Assembly (NCBI GenBank): GCA_965202585.1
Contig: OZ241831.1
Location: forward strand, 28,582,001 to 28,646,000
DNA length: 64,000 nt
Origin: Thalia democratica
Lineage: Eukaryota
Direction of reading: 5' to 3'
Within the stretch, counting starts at the first letter, position 1. Every line of letters starts with the position of its first letter. The translations under genes were made by a program, and so were the position numbers. Positions 1 to 15,201 of this stretch are shown piece by piece. The notes under the pieces were generated by a model. That model worked only from the letters and a program-made list of their open reading frames with translations. It did no database searches and had not been told where the DNA came from.

Positions 1-1944
1 AAATAGTTGATTTGATATATATCACATTTTGAAACAAATTTTATGACATGAATAAATTTTATAAACATATAAAAATACTTTAAATTTTTTATTACGCAAT
101 TATAAAAATAAAACAAAATATCTAAAATAAATCAATCTCGATCAATTTTTTTTTAAATGAATGCGAAACTGAAGCTGGTAAAGTTCTAATTGGTTTAAAT
201 TGAAAGAAACTTTTAAACTGTGTAATTGATAACAGCCTAATGTACCTTAACACTGTTTGTATATTATTGCTACTTCATAACTAACATAAATAACATAGCC
301 ATTCCACATACTAATTCAGGATACATAAAATTATTTAGGCTTGAATTTGTATTAAAATAAGGAAAAAACTATTATTTTCAAAATGTAGTGTAATTTATCA
401 TTGAAAAGAACTGTAAATAGTTTACTAAAGTATAATGTTTAGCCATATTTTTATAGGCTAGAAAACCCTACTTAAAAGTTAATGTTGAGTATAAGTTTAA
501 GTTCTTAATTAAATAAAGTTTAAGTATACTAAATAAAAATTTCTGTTTTAATTTTGTTTAAAAGCAAAAAGTTATAATAATAGAATTTGTTATAGCAAAT
601 AATTTTTTTTGAATAATTTTAAATTTTTATAGATTTAGCATTTGAATATATTCTTTACTCAAACTATTCAACTATTTAGCTATAAAGTTTAATATCTTTA
701 TTCTTTAGTTAAAAAAATATTTGGAGCTACTGAGATAGTATTATAATTTTGTGTGCCCCAATTGGTGTATACTTTTTTTTCCTATCAGTTAATGCAGGAT
801 ATTTGCCACTCACTCAGGATACTTTAGTTTACTCATTCAAGTTAAAAAAATTTATAGGTATTTAAAAAAAAACTCAGGTTTAGTTTAATGCAAAAAAAAT
901 AACTTTTTACCTCTTCCTTTTAAAAATTTACTGAAAGTTTAAAGTAAGAATAAATATTTTAAAGTGCACTTAACTTTTTTTTTCTTTAACATAATATGTT
1001 TTTTTTTAATTTGATTGCCTATGACATTGTTTAAGAACTCCATTGGGACTGTAACTGTACTTAATTCTTTTTTCTAATAAAGTTAAAACATTAAAAAGTG
1101 AATGAAATTGAAAAAAATTTCAGGATAAAATAAATAAACATATATATATATATATATGTACATTAAGTCTTAGTGTGACTTTTAATGACTTAAGGTGATG
1201 AAGTGCTTGCTAACAAGAACAATCTTTAATAAATAGTGTGCAGGAAGAAAATAAAGTTAAGTTTAAAAGACTTCATTCAAGTGATTCTTTTTGTTTTAAC
1301 TAAGTAAATCACTTTATTTATTTGGCTGTATTTAAGCAAACTCTGCACATTTTTAAGCTACAAATGTTGAGTTATACTATTTCTTTATTTAGTTGTTTTA
1401 AACTATTTTAGTATGTTTACTAGAAAATAAAATTTAACATTTTATAATTAATTAAAGCTTTCTTAACAGATTAAATTCATTTATTTTTATAACAAAACAT
1501 TTTTTTACTAAAATAACATTGGATCTTATATGAAAGCTTTGAGTACAAACCACAAGCCAGTTTTTATAGAATTAAAAAATATTATTTAACTTGTGAGATA
1601 TTGTAATTTTTATAAAAAGTTTACGATTCAAAAGTATTGACCACAAATTTTTCAGGGTCAATTTTTTCAGAAATTTAAAAAATCACTATAAACCTATCTT
1701 CTCTTTCATTTTTTTAGATAAAGACCTCAAATTTTCAGAAAAGGTTCCTTAAATAGTTTAAAAGACTTCGAATGTTGAAATTTTAGAAATATTAAAATAT
1801 AAAAATTTCAGATTAAAAAAAAAATCCTGCATTCAATCTTTTTTAAATTAAATAATACACTTTTTGTGAATATTTGAAGAAGATTGCTTAAAAAATGAAG
1901 GAGGATATAGATTTTTACTGAAATGGTCTTTTTTTTTTGTTTTT

Positions 1945-2103
1945 AGTTTGCGCTTTCCTTTAGATTTCCACCAACTTTGACTGCTCATGTCTTAAAAAAA
2001 ACTTTGAATTTTTTTAAGCGGTTAAAATGTCTGATAGCTCAGATAAAACTCTACAAAATAAGATCAACTTGTAAAAATCAAGGTGGACCCCATATGCCCT
2101 TAA
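1945..2103. mobile_element. Terminal fragment of a TTAA-targeting DNA transposon (Kolobok/piggyBac-like); second copy ~9820-9982
   Basis: Both copies share ttttagtttgcgc...aaaataagatcaa...tatgccc|ttaa and end in TTAA. The other end was not identified. Confidence 0.4.
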
Positions 2104-2820
2104 TAGTGTTTTTTTTTTAATTTTTGGCAGATGTTAGATTTTTTTTCAATTTTTTTATAAACTCAAGCTGACTTTTTTGCCTAAATTTTTAAGAGTGACA
2201 ACCCTGTAATACAAAGTACTGTATTTAAAGTTAGGTTGTCAGTTACTTAAATTAAAAAGTAAGAACATTTAAACAAACAACAATATAAAAATGGAAGTAA
2301 TGAGCTAAAAGTTATATGGGGATTAGCATAAGTATAATCTAAAACTCTTTTTTATGGTCTTTATAGATCATAACATAAATAATGAAGTAAGTTTAAAAAA
2401 AAAAAGTTTTTTTAGACTAACTAAAAGTATCTTTAAGATATTAATAAAATAAAATTATAATGAAACTAGAAAAAAAAGAATGACTATAAATAAAATTTTG
2501 ATCATTACTTTTAAGTTTTGTTAGTTGAAAAGATAAAATTTTTGCTGTAATGCCTTTTAATTTTTGTTAGTAAAGTTTTAAAGTTGTGTGCATTGTGTAA
2601 ATTAACTTACAAAAATGTATTGATAACAATTTAATGATTTTTAGTTTTCTTAGAAGTTTATGATTTCAAAAATAATCATTTATTTTTCATGTTTTTTATG
2701 AGCAAGAAACCTGAAATTTCAAAGAAAAATTTCTCAAATGGTTAAGGAAAACCATGAAAAATAAGTGTTGATTTTTTTATATTCTTAGTGTGTGCTTTCT
2801 ATAAGAAACTTGTTAAACAT

Positions 2821-3548
2821 CAGGGTTGCCACACACTCAGGGAACTCAGGGAATTTTCAAACTGTAGAAAATCTCAGGGAAACTCAGGGAATTTTGGCAT
2901 TTTTCTTTTAACTCAGGGAAACTCAGGGAAGTTTTGATTTGTTCTCTAAATTTCAGGGAAGTTTTTGAAAATCTCAGGGAAATTTTTTTCTAGATCTAAA
3001 ATGAGGTTTAGTCAATCCAGTTTCAATATTTTGTTCAAAAGTAGTAATTTTTATTATTTAAGTGGTTATTTAGAATTTTTTTAGCCTTGCGGCTAGTTCT
3101 TCAATATTCTTAGTATTAACATTGTAGTTTTTTAAGTTTTAAATTTATATTTACTTAAGTAAAATGAAACAGTTTAGAGAAATGAAAGTTGTTGTTAACT
3201 ATTTATTGAAAAGTTCTAATAAACTTTTTATTTTTAGTTTTTCTTTTATGTAAAAAGTTAACTAATAAGTTTACACAAAGTTGTGCAAAAATTTAGTTTT
3301 TTATTTTTTATTGGTTTAAACCTTTTAAGATTGAGTTTTTTAAAACAGTTTTTTTCATAAATTTAATGCAGAAGCATACACATACAACCTTCCTTTTATT
3401 ATTAAAGAAGAAAAATGAGAATGAGGTATTAATAATTTGTGTTAGAAGAGAAAAATTTTTTTTTAAGATTTGAAAAATACTCAGGGAAACTTAGGGAAAT
3501 TTAAGGTTACTCAGGGAAGATTTTTTGGCTCAAAGAGTGGCAACCCTG
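2821..3548. mobile_element. hAT-like MITE family with CAGGGTTGCCA termini and internal actcaggg or aaaacctgg repeats. Further copies or fragments at ~3667, 5341, 6380, 7265-8105, 12430, 36945, 62795-63080, 63424-63851
   Basis: cagggttgcca at 2821 and tggcaaccctg ending at 3548; recurrent internal motifs shared among the copies. Confidence 0.7.
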
Positions 3549-6500
3549 TAAACTCTTTAGCTTTGATTGCTTATATCTTAAAAGTAACTTAACATTAATT
3601 TAACTTACAGTATTTAATGTGTAAGTTTTAATGTTTAAAAAAACAAGTGTCAATGATTTATATTTCAGAGTTGCCACACACTCAGGCTAGTTTAAATTTA
3701 ATAGAAATTTCAGGTTTGTTTTTTTATTTTTTGAAAAAATACTAGTTTTTGATGTTTTCTTAATGTTAAGCTTTCTAGTATGAGTATTAACAGTTTGGTT
3801 TTTCTTAAATTTGTTCTTTTTAGATTTAAGGTTTTTTTAATTATTATTTTATAAGCTAATTTAGCCTTTTTAGCAGTAAAGTTTTTTAGTTTTTAGTTAT
3901 GTATGATCTACTGATGCAAAACTTGGACTCAGATCCGAATTTTTTTGAACCTGGCTAAATACTAATTTCAAAATGATATTTGGATCTTGCTAAATCCTAA
4001 ATATCAAAATAAGACTAAAAATTAGATCTAGCTGGATCCTAAATTTTGGATCCGATAGACCACATAAAACTTTTTAAATTTTACTCAATTGTTTGTCAAA
4101 AATTAAATGTAATGTAAAACTAATTAATGATTTCATGCTTGAGTGGATAAAACAGTGCTTTTTCACACTTACAAAAGCCTTCTCAACTTTGATTTATAGT
4201 TTTGCACACAGTATAAAAACTAATATAAATTATTTTTGTTAAACTCTCAAATAAACTAAAGTACATAGTTAAGGTGTTTAATCTCTGCTTTTTGGATAAC
4301 TGCTCTTACTTATTCATCATATGATTAGTTTTTTATGTTCGCTTGTGAACCTATTTGGTTCAAATAACATTTTGTCTTTTCTGCTATGAGAATATAAAAA
4401 AATAAATATACTTGTGGGTAATTTATTTCATTTTAGTACGGTCACCTTAGTTCAGTGAAATCTTATCTGCATATCTCAGGCCTAACCAGGATTTTTTTTC
4501 TAAACATCTTAATTAAGGTTTAATCTTAAAAAAAAAATTTAAATTAATCTTTGAAATTTATGACATATATTTTATTGATAAATTTATGGAAATTTAGTAG
4601 GTAGGTCTAGTTTATAAAGACTATGTAATTATTTAAATTATTTTTTGTTTGGTTAATACAGTTTTTAGTCTCCATTCAGATGTTATTAAATAATTATTTA
4701 ATTGTGTCATTACTGACTTGTGACAAGAATTAATAGGATTTATATATTTTACTTTTTCATAATTAAAAAAAAATTGTCATGTTATTTTGTCTATTTTGGT
4801 TAGCCTGTTAGTTAAAAAAAAATCTCAATTATAATAAGGTTGTTTTTTTTTAAAACTTTTCATATAAAGGTCAATTATTTATAGAAAGAAAAAAAAAAAT
4901 CTTACATTAAAGCAGATACTTGCATATTTTAGCTAAATACTTTTATGTTAATATTTTATTATTAAATTAACTGATAATATTAATGTATGACATATATGCT
5001 ATATCTTCAAATATTTTAATTTTTTTTTTTCAAAACAATGTTCTAAAGAAAAAAAAAAGTTTATAATAAAATCTTAAATAATTTTTAATAATTTTTATTT
5101 TATTTGAAGTTCTAATAATTGGAGTGAAAGATTGTTATAAAATCAAAATTTTAAATAATTGAAGTTATATCATACTCTTCAGCAATTAGTGATACCTTTA
5201 ATTGTTATTTATCTTTAGAGACAAAAGCTTTAAATATATGATATGGCCAATTTTATACTGTTTTAAGTAAGGAGGTATAGTTTACAAAACCATATATTGT
5301 TTATTAATTTATCTGTTAGCTTTTATTATTTTCAGCAATCCAGGGTTGCCACACATTCAGGGTACTCAGGGAAACGCAAAGTATTTTTAAATTTTAGATT
5401 AGCTCTGAGAGACTCAGGGAGATTCAGGAAAACTCAGGGTATTTTGACTTTATTTTAAAACTCAGGTTGACTCAGGGTAGTTTTAATTTTTTTAAAATAT
5501 CTCAGGGTAGTTTTAAGACTTAAAAGTCTAAGGCTAGTTTTTTCTTAGACTTTGAATGAGATTTAGTTTATTTAGTTTCAATACTTTTTTATTTAATAAC
5601 CAATTTTGTTAAAAAACTAGATTTTTATTGATTTTGAAAAGTGTTTTATTTTTTTTCAAGGATTTGAAAAGTTTTGGTGACTCAAGGTCAATGAAAGATT
5701 ATTTTCTGAAGCTGGTAATTTGTACGAGCAAAAGCCAAAAACCAGCAAAAAACTATTATTTCTTCACAACAACTTGAAAATAATAGTTTTTGTAGTAAAA
5801 CTTTGTGTAGTTTGTTTTATGTTTTTAAACAGTTGCTTAAGTTAATTTATATTTCTTTCTTGTAATGGTAAAAGTGTAATCCTAAGTTGAATTCAATTTT
5901 TTTTATTACAGTTGTGATTCTTAATCTTTTTTAGGCCTTTACTATAGTTGGTATTATAAAATATAGTTCAAACTTTTTTTTCACTAAATAAGTAATAATA
6001 TAATACATAGTTATTAATTATGAACTTTTATTGTATTTACATTACAAGCAGTTTACATCTAAAGAATTTCAACTATTAAAAGACACGCACTTAGATCCGA
6101 ATTTGGATTTGGTACTTATGTTTTTATAATCTTTTCTTATTAATTTTGTGTTTTAAGGTATTACAGCTTGATTATTAGTTTTTTAATTTTTTAACTTAAA
6201 CTACTTTTTTTCTCAGACTGTCTCAGGCAAGTTTTATGTAACTTAAGCTAGTTTTTTTGTAACTTAACTTTTATTTGCTTACTTACTTAATAAAAGTATT
6301 AGAAACTTAAAATGCTTTTCAATGTTTTTTTGATACAAGTATTGTTCTACAAAATACTTTAGTTCCAAGAAATGAACAGAGTTGCTAAAAAACCTGGAAA
6401 AACCTAGGATTTCAAACAATTTTTAAATTTGAAATAATGAATTAATGATTAGATAAGAAAAATCTATCATATACCTTTTTTTTGTACTGTATAAATTATT

Positions 6501-9120
6501 TATTACTAAGTACAAATAAATTAGCATTATGGTATCTTTTAAATATTTATTTCCAATTTAACACAGTTTATTATCTTAAATTTGATTTTGCACAAAAATG
6601 GACAACTTTCAAAAACCTGTAAAATTATCAGATAACCTTGAAAGAAAATTGAAACTTTCTTTTAAACCTGTGATTAGTTTTATCTTGCCGTTATAATCAT
6701 TTATAACATTCCAAAGTATTTGTTTTATTGTTTTCTTACATAAAATTATTTTTCAGCTTGGTTTGTAGTAAAAAAAGGGATAAATTGAAGATATTACATT
6801 ACAAAAAAAAATGTTTCTTTTATTTGATAAATTTTAAAATGAGATTTCTTCTCCTTACAATTTGATAAAATGATATATTTAAATAGTTATTAAAAACAAC
6901 AAAAAAAACTTAATACTAACTGTTGTTTCTAATAATTTTATTTCGTAAGTTTTTTTAAAACTATCTTACAATAAATCAAACTTTAAGTTAAAAAAAATAT
7001 CAGATTATAGTTGAAGTAAACAATTTTTTATTTATTTAACTTCAAAGTGATTTTATAGATGTATATTTAAAGTTGAGCTTATTTTAGTAGCACTAAGTAA
7101 TTTAAAAATCATTAAAAAGTATTCAGCTGTTGTATTTTTTTACTAAAAAGTTTATTTTAATTTTGTAAAATTAGCTAATTAGTTTGATCAATCAAGCTCA
7201 AAATTTAAAAGTATCAGATTACAAATGAAAAATGTATTATTTTCTTTGTTTTCTACCTATCTCTAGAGTTGCACACACTCAAGCTAGTTGAAAAATTTTG
7301 TTTTGAAATCAGTGTGGCTTTTAAAACTTTTTTTTCTAAAGTTCTCTTAAGTCCTTATTTATTATCATGGTTGCCACACACTCAGGGAACTCAGGATATA
7401 TTCACTTTTTGTCAAACTCAGAATGACTTAAGACAATTTTGATTTTTTATAAATTTCTCATGATAGTTTTTTTTCTAGATCTAGAATGGTATTAGTTTAT
7501 CCAGTTTCAATATTTTGTTGTTTTATATAACCAATTTTCTTCAAGAATTTGATATTTGTTGAATTTGTATTCATGCCATGTTACTAGTTCTTCCTGTTCT
7601 TAGAATCAACATAGTAGTTTTTGTTATAAGTCTGAAATTTGTGTTTATCATGATTTAAGTTTATGATAAATTGTTTAATCAAAATTAAAGTTAATAAATA
7701 TGCATTCATGTCAGTACTCAGTGTGGTAAGATTTATTTAAGCATAACAATTTAAATGCCAAAAAAAAACTTTCTATTTTTATAAAGTTAAATAACATAGT
7801 TACATAAAGTTATAAGCAACCTTTGTTTTTTAATCTCAATTAATTTAAAATTTTAACATTAAATCTTCAAAAACAGTATTTCTCATAAGTTTAGTGAACT
7901 TTTAATGCAGAATCATATGCATACAACCTTTTAATTATTAAGAAGAAAAATCAAAATCAGGTATAAGTAGTTTGCTTGAGAGGCCAAAAAAAAAGGTAAA
8001 GGATTTGAAAAATAAACTCAGGATGACTCAGAGTACTTAAAGGTTTTTCAGGGCAGTTTTTGTTCACTCAGGACACTTTTTTTGATTCTGAGAGTGGCAA
8101 TCCTAAAATTCTTTGGTACTTTATAATTTGTTAAATTAAAATTTTATTTATATTTTGCTTTTTAGTTCAAACTATTCATTTTTAGAATTTTTTAATAAAG
8201 TCTACTTGAGCCAGTTTTTAGTTAATCAGGCTGTTTTTTGTCTCAAAAATTTATAACCCTGCATTAACTGCATAAATTGAAAAAGAGCTACAGCTGACTA
8301 AGGTTGTCGTTGTTGCTTCAAAGAATGGTAACTTAGATGATGCACAATTAAATTCATCTTAAAATACTCAAGTAGTTGTTTAGTTTTTGTTTAAGATAAT
8401 AATTTGTTCAGGTTTGTATTGTTTTTGATCCACATTTAAAAAATTGCTTAATTAACAATTTACTTTATAAATATGACTTTAACATATAATTCTATAATGC
8501 ACTGATAAGCTCTTTGAGCAAAACTTAATTTGCGAAATAAATTTATACGAAAATAAATCTCTATCAAATACTAAGTAATATTAACTGTTTTTAATTATTA
8601 ATTGGAACTAGTGAGATACTTACACCAGAAAAATTCTTGTAAAAAATTGTTATTTAGCAAAAGGCTTGTAATAAAATCAGTTGTAGTTAAGTGAGTTAGG
8701 AGTAATAGTGCCGGACATAAGTTATGAAATGTACAAACTAATTATAATTTTAGTTTATAAATAGTTAATGTTCATGAATTTAAATATTAGTTATATAAGT
8801 GAGTTTTAGCAATTAATATTTTAAGGTAAGTTTAGTAAACATCATTACTAGTTTAATTGCCAATATAATGATGATACTATCCATTAATATTCAGTATTTG
8901 TTACTGTGTAATTAAAAAACCGTAATAAACAACACTAACGTTTATGTAGTATCATTTAAACATAAATTTAGTGAACATTATTGAATAAAAGTTTTCTTAA
9001 GCTATTACTGTAAATATACTTTTTCTCTTTGAAGATAAACTTTTCAAATTGTAGCAAACATTAAATACTTAACAATAACATTCTATAAACATCCAATAGG
9101 TTATTAAATTAAAATTAAAA

Positions 9121-9372
9121 ATGGGAAGACGTCGTTCAAAGAGAAAGCCTGCACCAAAAAAGAAGCTGATTGAGAAGCTGGAAACTTTTTTTGCCTGCCC
9201 CTTCTGTAATCACGAAAAGTCGTGTGAAGTCAAAATGGACAGAGACAGGAACACTGCTGCAATCTGCTGCAACGTTTGCACCGAAGAGTACCAGACCACA
9301 ATCAACTACCTGTCCGAACCCATTGACGTTTACAGTGATTGGATAGATGCTTGTGAGAGTGCCAACCAGTGA
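9121..9372 (+). CDS. ELOF1: Transcription elongation factor 1 homolog (Elf1/ELOF1), 83 aa, no coding introns
   Basis: The translation [10 protein letters not shown]...[18 protein letters not shown]...[33 protein letters not shown] has the basic N-terminus, the C4 zinc ribbon (CPFC/CNVC) and the C-terminal [14 protein letters not shown] signature of the ELOF1 family. AATAAA occurs downstream (~9445). Confidence 0.97.
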   Translation: MGRRRSKRKPAPKKKLIEKLETFFACPFCNHEKSCEVKMDRDRNTAAICCNVCTEEYQTTINYLSEPIDVYSDWIDACESANQ

Positions 9373-12300
9373 AATTATTTTGGATTTTAGGACTTTGAGC
9401 TTTTACTGACTTTTACTTATAGTGAATTTTTTATGCTTTCAGTTAATAAATTGTTGTTTGTGATTACAAAAATTAGTATTTTGCTTTTTGTGAACTTTCT
9501 AATTATTTTTATGTGTTTTGCAGATTCTGGTTAGCTTAATGTTTATTGTGAATGTATATGTGCTAAAGCTCGTATTGAATAAAGAGGCATCAAGATGTCA
9601 TCAAATATAGTTAGTGTTTATTTATTCTAATATAATTTTGTAAAAAATAATATGTAATTTATTTGTTTTCTTATGTTTTAATGCAAATTTAATAGCAAAC
9701 TTAAATTAATTTTTTATAAGGTATATTTAATTCTTAGATTCCTAACTTTTGAGTAAAATTATAAGGTTGTAGCAGCTGAGTCAAAACATAAATACATTTT
9801 TAATTTAGTTAAATCATGCCGTTTTAGTTTGCGCCTACCATAAGGAACCCATTGTTGCTTCAGACTTTGACCGGCTGTATCTAAAAAAATATTATCTGTA
9901 AAAAGCATCTTGTAGCTTAGTAAAAACTATATAAAATAAGATCAAATTACAAAAAAAGGTGTTCACCCCCCTATGCCCTTAAGATATGGATAAAATAGTT
10001 TCAACTTGTTGTGATATAAAAAAGATTTTGTTAATAAAAGTTTTATTCTTTTTTCTATCATAATGTTGTTAATTTGACCTATGGGAGGTTTTTTATGTTT
10101 TTAATGTATACAAATTACTTTTTGAGTTTTCCCCTTCAATTTTTTTAAACAATTTGAGTTGCATTTAAAACTGTATGTTATATTTTTCAAGTGTGAATGC
10201 CTAATACTATTGTATTAAATTTAGTATTATTTGAGTATGTAAGTTTGTAAAAAATCTGGAACTCTTTATTTAAATTTCACTTAAATTTTGTTCTAAATAG
10301 TTTTACGAAGTAATTATCAACTTGATTTTTAGTGTTGTTTTATGTATCAGTAATTCAAAATAATATAAACAACCCTCGAAAAAAATTGAAAAATTTGCTG
10401 TTGATTAAGAATATTTAATTCAATTGAGTAAATCTCCCTAAAATTTCACGGTTACTGAAAAATAGTCTAGATTTATTAAACAAATTTAACTAATTTACAA
10501 TAAAAAAATAAGTAGCTATTTTGTTTCAGCTATCGAGTCTCACCATTCAAAATACATGTTTAAACAAAAAGGCTTTATAAACTAATTTAACTTGATTTAA
10601 TTAAGAAAGATATGTTTGTTATTTGTAATACTAAAAAGTACAACAGCAAAAGTAAAAAAAATAATTAAATATTATTATAATTTCAAATCAATTAAATCAT
10701 AAGTTTTGTTTAAACAAGTCCCTGTTTGAGAATTAATAGAAATGTTTTTGAGTCTGTCTAGAAATTAAAAATTAATATTGTTGAGTCTGATTATTCGAAA
10801 ATTGTTCTGTTGAAAATTTATTGAGTTTGTTTCTTAACAGTAATGGAAAAAAAAATCCTTAAATATGTAATTTAAAAAATTTTAGTGCTTATTAGTGTAA
10901 GTTTTAACTAAATATTTCATATTGTATGGGTCTTTACGACTTAATATCTTATCATGTTATTTCTTACAATAGATTTAATACATTTTAAAATTACCAACCG
11001 TAAACATCGCGTCAAACTAATAAACTATACTTCATTGTGTTTATTTAAGATCATATTCGAGGAATCCAAACAATCTTAAACAAAAAGTTTATCAAGTTTG
11101 TGTGTTAGCCACGCCAGTAGTTGTCAATGTAAGACTTCAATTTTTTGTTTAAGAGAATGTTCAAGTTTTAATAACAAGTCAATTAAAAAGAAGTTCCTGT
11201 ACAAAGGTATCAAAAGTAATTGTTTTACATTTATTCTCTTAGAAAAATTATGTTACCTTTCCCTACCTAGGTTATTCAAAACTTTAAACCTAATTTAAAC
11301 ATTTCTCGAAACAATTAAATTCTGCAATTAAAATTTACATGTCCCATAATAGAAAATAATCAACATCCTTATGATAAAAAAGAAAGAAATCTAAAGTTTG
11401 CTCTAGAAATCTAAAAACAATTTATTCTCAATGCAAATTTTAGTTTAAATCTTCCATTGAGATCTTATAGAACTCTTATGTTTCTGGTAGGTATCACAAA
11501 AACTGTTTCGAATTTTCAAAACTTAAAACAAAATATTATAGCTTTGATAAAAGTCAACAAATTAAAACCTGATTGAAAATAGTTGTAGATTTTACTTTAG
11601 TCCTCAATAAAGCCACATATATTTTAATATCCATTTGAGACAAATAAATATTTAATAACTTTGATTTATGTTAAATAGTTAGAACAATTCAAATATTGTA
11701 TAAAAATTTATGAAGAAATTATATGCCTGTTTTTTACTTATAATAGTATCATTAATCTAAATCTAATATTACCTTTATAACAAATCTATTTAAAGCAAAA
11801 AAACCTTGGGACATCGTGTTATCTTATAACAAAATCAGATAAAAATAAGATTTACTAGCTTTTATTAAAATCATTGTATATAAAAGTTGTTATTTTCAAA
11901 AGCTATTTATAACTTTATTACAGTTTAGAAATAAAAGACTTGAAATAGAAAAAAAGGACAACTTGCTTAAAAATTCTTTTAAGGAACCAGGTAAAATTTT
12001 AGTTTTTTGAAAATATTTTAATAATTCGAAGATTGAAATACTTACTTAAAATTGTACAATTAAAGTTGAAAATTTTTCAATAAAGACTTTCATGCTTTAA
12101 AATGTTAACCTAAGCTGAACGTTAAAATTTTTTTTTAAAAGAGTGTATTATTAAATAATTTTTATTGAAATTGTTTTGGATACTTGTTATTCTAAAAAAA
12201 ATATTTTTATTTTGCAAACTTAGAAATACTATGTAAATGTTTTTCAGAGTTGTTATATTCAGAAAGTTTTTTAATAAATTAAAATAATTGTTTAAAGTTG

Positions 12301-15201
12301 TCTTATGTTTCAGTATTTATATAGAAGAACATTTTTTAATTAAAAACATATCACAAAACTAATAAAAACTTACTTAATTATATCAGTTTACTTTTTGAAA
12401 CTTGTATCATATAGCTGTAATTAAGGATGGGTTGTTAAAAAATTTGGAAACAAATGGAGCTTGACAATTTTAGCAAGAAAATCCTGGAATTTGAAAAATT
12501 TTGAAAATAAATTTGGAAAAACCTAGAATTTTTATCAAAAATAGCTGAAAAACCTAGAATTGAAAACAATTTTTACATGTAAAGTTATGGAATTTCGATA
12601 ATATACAAAAAATCTATCAAATACAAAAAAAAATTAACTTGAAAACACATTTAAAGTAGAGTTACGGTATCTTTTCAACATTTTTATACTATTTAAACAG
12701 TTTTGTATCTTAAATCTAGTTTTATTTTAAAAATGGGCTAACAAACTTGTAATTTCAAAACCTGAAAGAATTTTAAAAAACCTGGAAATTTTTTTTGAAC
12801 GTTTAGCAATTCTATGTTTATTGTTAAACTAAGCCAATTTGGTTTATACTTTATTATGAGAATAATGTTTCTTTATTTATTCAAATGATTGAGTTAGATA
12901 TTTTGACGAGAGAGGTTTAGAAAAAAAAGCTTTGCAAATCTTTTTGAAGCATTTTTTTAAGACTTCACACAGTATACCTCAAGGTTTAAAAAAAAAGTTT
13001 CCTTAGTTTTAAAAAATAAATCTAAAGTTAAAAAATATTAATTGTTTGTCAGTTTTTTCACTAAACATGTTACATAAAGTTTTTACAGTAAAATTTACCA
13101 GTAACGACTACAGGTTTGGTAGTTTTAGTGAGACAGTAGTCTATTTTGGTCTAAATGAAAGGTTAAAATTATGTTAATTAAAAATGAGTTTCTTAGTCAC
13201 AGTTATCACATTTTATTAGTAATTCTAGTTAGATTTTTATGAAGTTGAGAAGTGATCACTTAAAATTGTACAGTTGGAGCAGATAAATTCTCTAAAAATT
13301 AATATCAATCCAATTTATTTCCTACCCAATAAATTTATACCCTAATTAATTACCACCCAAACCATTTCCTGTCTAAACCAGTACCAACTTGAGTTAATAC
13401 AAACCCAATTTACCAAATTAGTTCCTATTCATACAGTTGTCGCTAACCGGGTCTACTTATACACTATTGGCCTGATTTATTACGCAACGTGCGCTCTAAC
13501 TTGTATAATAGGAGTCCCCAAGATAACGCTTAAATTATAGTTGACTTAAGTAAACTAATATGAACTACTTACTATTTACTAAATGTTTTATAAATCAGTT
13601 ACTTATACTAATTTAAACTGAGTTCGAATTTGTGATAATGATTATATTTACAATGAATTTGCGAAACGAAAAGATGATAAAAAACTGCACAACATTACAC
13701 TAATAAACCAAATTATCAATTCTTTTAAAAGACGACAATCTCGAATAAAAGAAACTAAACACTAAATGTTTAAACCAAACTCAAAAAGTATTCTAAAATC
13801 GACATCAATTCGACAACACGATTGAAACCATTAAAACTTAAGTGCAGCTTTTCGCTGCACTGAGTTCAGACCGCTGCCATGCAGTAAAAACTAAAAGAAC
13901 TGAACCGTAAATTACTCGAGACTATTGAATTTATACTCGCTTGAGAAAAAAGAAGAAAGTAAAAAAGAGACAATTACCGCGTAGCGGTACACAGTTCAAA
14001 AAAAGTATACCAATTTATTTCAAAATGAAAAATTGTTCAATTAATCTATTAAATACAGATTAAGTAAAATTTTCTAACTATAGTTTTAGGCTTCAACAAA
14101 TATTTATAAATCGTATTAATATTTTGATGTATCCCTTATATTAAGTCAGTAAAGTTATATACTTCAATTCATAAACACGGTAATTTTACGTAACCAAGTA
14201 AAAACAAGAAAATGGTTGCGAAAAATTTACAGTTATGGCAGTAACACCCACCTCTTAAAAGACCCTAAAATTCATTATAAGTGGTAAAAGTGAAGGAAAT
14301 GTTTACTACAAACAAGTTAAAATTTTTAATTTGTTTAAATCTTTTTTGTATACATTGTTATCTCTTAAACTTCTTTTTAAGCTCATTATCCAGTAACTAA
14401 TTTCCAACTCAATTTACCAGTTTGTCACGACATATATTTTTAGGTCGAAAATGTTTGTATAAAATAAAAATTAAAAAGTAAACGAGTTGTTTTTGTTTGT
14501 ATAATTAATATTGCAAATGGTATCTTAAAAGTTTAAAATATCATACTACAATACATAATATATTAAGATAAAATGTTAAAAAAATATTGTGCTTTAAAAA
14601 CACAGCTACTTTTTGACTAACCTTTTTATTCAGACTTCTGTATGTTGACAAAGCTGTTAATTCACTGAGTTTAGTTCGATTAGTATGTTAATAGCTTTAT
14701 AAGTGTGTTTATCTGTAATTTAATTTTGATAAAAATAATTATTTTACTTTTTTAATGAACGTTCTATTGTTGTTATACGTTATATAGTAGTTAAGTTACA
14801 CTAAATAAGTAGAATTGATATATGGTGAGTTTTTATTAATCGTAGACTATTATTATATACTTCGTAATAAAAAAACATAAAATTTTTAGAAAACATTAGG
14901 TCTTCCACACCTATTCCGAAAACAAGTTTATACAATTCCGTTATTGTTAGTTTCTGTTAGTTGTTATGTAGAAAGTATTTTAAAAAGTTGCTTTGATTAT
15001 TATAAAACGCTTTTGCTAAGTTATTTTATTATTTTTTTTAATAAATTTTATTGTGATATTTTATTTTTGGTTTGTTACAATAAATTGCCAATGACACAAA
15101 TAAGCAAAGTGACCACAAAATAGAAAATTTTTAAAGTTTTTGTTACAAAAATTTTTATTTGAGTTTTTGTATTGTTAAAAGTTATATTTATATATCTAAA
15201 G

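Noticed and set aside
11000-11560. 66-aa ORF and possible transposase remnant
   Set aside because: All frames are broken by stops and no diagnostic motif could be identified.
13600-14330. CpG-containing stretch that might be the promoter or first exon of the coiled-coil gene, or of a minus-strand gene (ATGGCAGCG at ~13880)
   Set aside because: No open frame with a phase-compatible splice donor could be found; it cannot be supported without transcript data.
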